Assembly (NCBI RefSeq): GCF_009834535.1
Contig: NC_045696.1
Location: forward strand, 49,602,001 to 49,666,000
Reading direction: 5' to 3'
Source of the DNA: Camelus ferus
Taxonomy: Eukaryota
DNA length: 64,000 nt
Position 1 is the stretch's first letter, and every line of letters begins with the position of its first letter. Under the pieces are notes generated by a model. That model saw only the letters and a program-made list of their open reading frames with translations, had not been told where the DNA came from and searched no databases. The translations under genes and the position numbers were made by a program. Below, piece after piece: positions 63,670-64,000 of this stretch.

Positions 63670-64000
63670 TGAGGCGGGAAGCCCCATAAAAAGACTGGCA
63701 GGACCCCTAGGCAGGGCCGCTGCTCTCCTCCCACTAGCGTCCGGTTTGCTGGCCCAGAGGCTTTATCTCACTTTTTGCCTCTAAAGCGGCTAACTTACAC
63801 CTAGAATTCTATTGGTTCCCTGAGCTCACTTCTGATTGGTTATTTCCCTCACTCCTGATTGGATATTACTCTCACTTCTGATTGGTCCACTTCCCTAACT
63901 TCTGATTGGCCCATTTGTAGTACTTTATTTGCATATGATGTTGCAAAGTGTAAAACTGGCAGCCTATAAAAGGCCTGTGTAAACCTACAGATGCAATTTC
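63670..64000 (+). mobile_element. ERV LTR U3 region, truncated by the window end
   Basis: TG start (tgaggcggga), five ATTGG boxes in a 23-24 bp tandem repeat, octamer ATTTGCAT 63927-63934, TATAAAA 63965-63971. Confidence 0.75.

Noticed and set aside
63805..63912. Regularly spaced short repeats, superficially CRISPR-like
   Set aside because: They are a tandem 23-24 bp LTR U3 repeat with no unique spacers, in a mammalian context with no cas genes.
1..64000. Naming the host or neighbouring gene, or claiming a novel multi-gene system
   Set aside because: No recognisable coding exon is present, so any gene name would be a guess. All confidently identified structure is explained by known repeat classes and one retrocopy.

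Overview
Mammalian genomic DNA, most likely camelid: five copies of a tRNA-derived SINE match the camelid vic-1 family as I recall it. The window is AT-rich and CpG-depleted and reads as intronic/intergenic sequence. I could not identify any intact protein-coding gene, and none of the ORF-track entries looks like a real CDS. The one firmly identifiable gene-derived sequence is a 5'-truncated, decayed processed pseudogene of UBE2S (minus strand, ~37994-38637). It sits inside a MER2-type Tigger DNA transposon and is flanked by an unusually long (~49 bp) direct duplication. The rest is interspersed repeats (MIR, L2, L3/CR1, old and young L1, HAL1-like, MLT1 LTRs, two ERV-type LTRs, MER5/MER45/Tigger1 DNA elements) and microsatellites. 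Motif-level candidates, all unverified, are two terminal exons (~2.5 and 4.3 kb), a promoter plus first exon (~7.1-7.4 kb), a CpG-enriched promoter-like island (~29.2-29.9 kb) and a muscle-type motif cluster (~57.6-57.9 kb). I see no evidence of a novel multi-gene system. Repeat names come from remembered consensus sequences, and boundaries are approximate unless a TSD or TIR is quoted.
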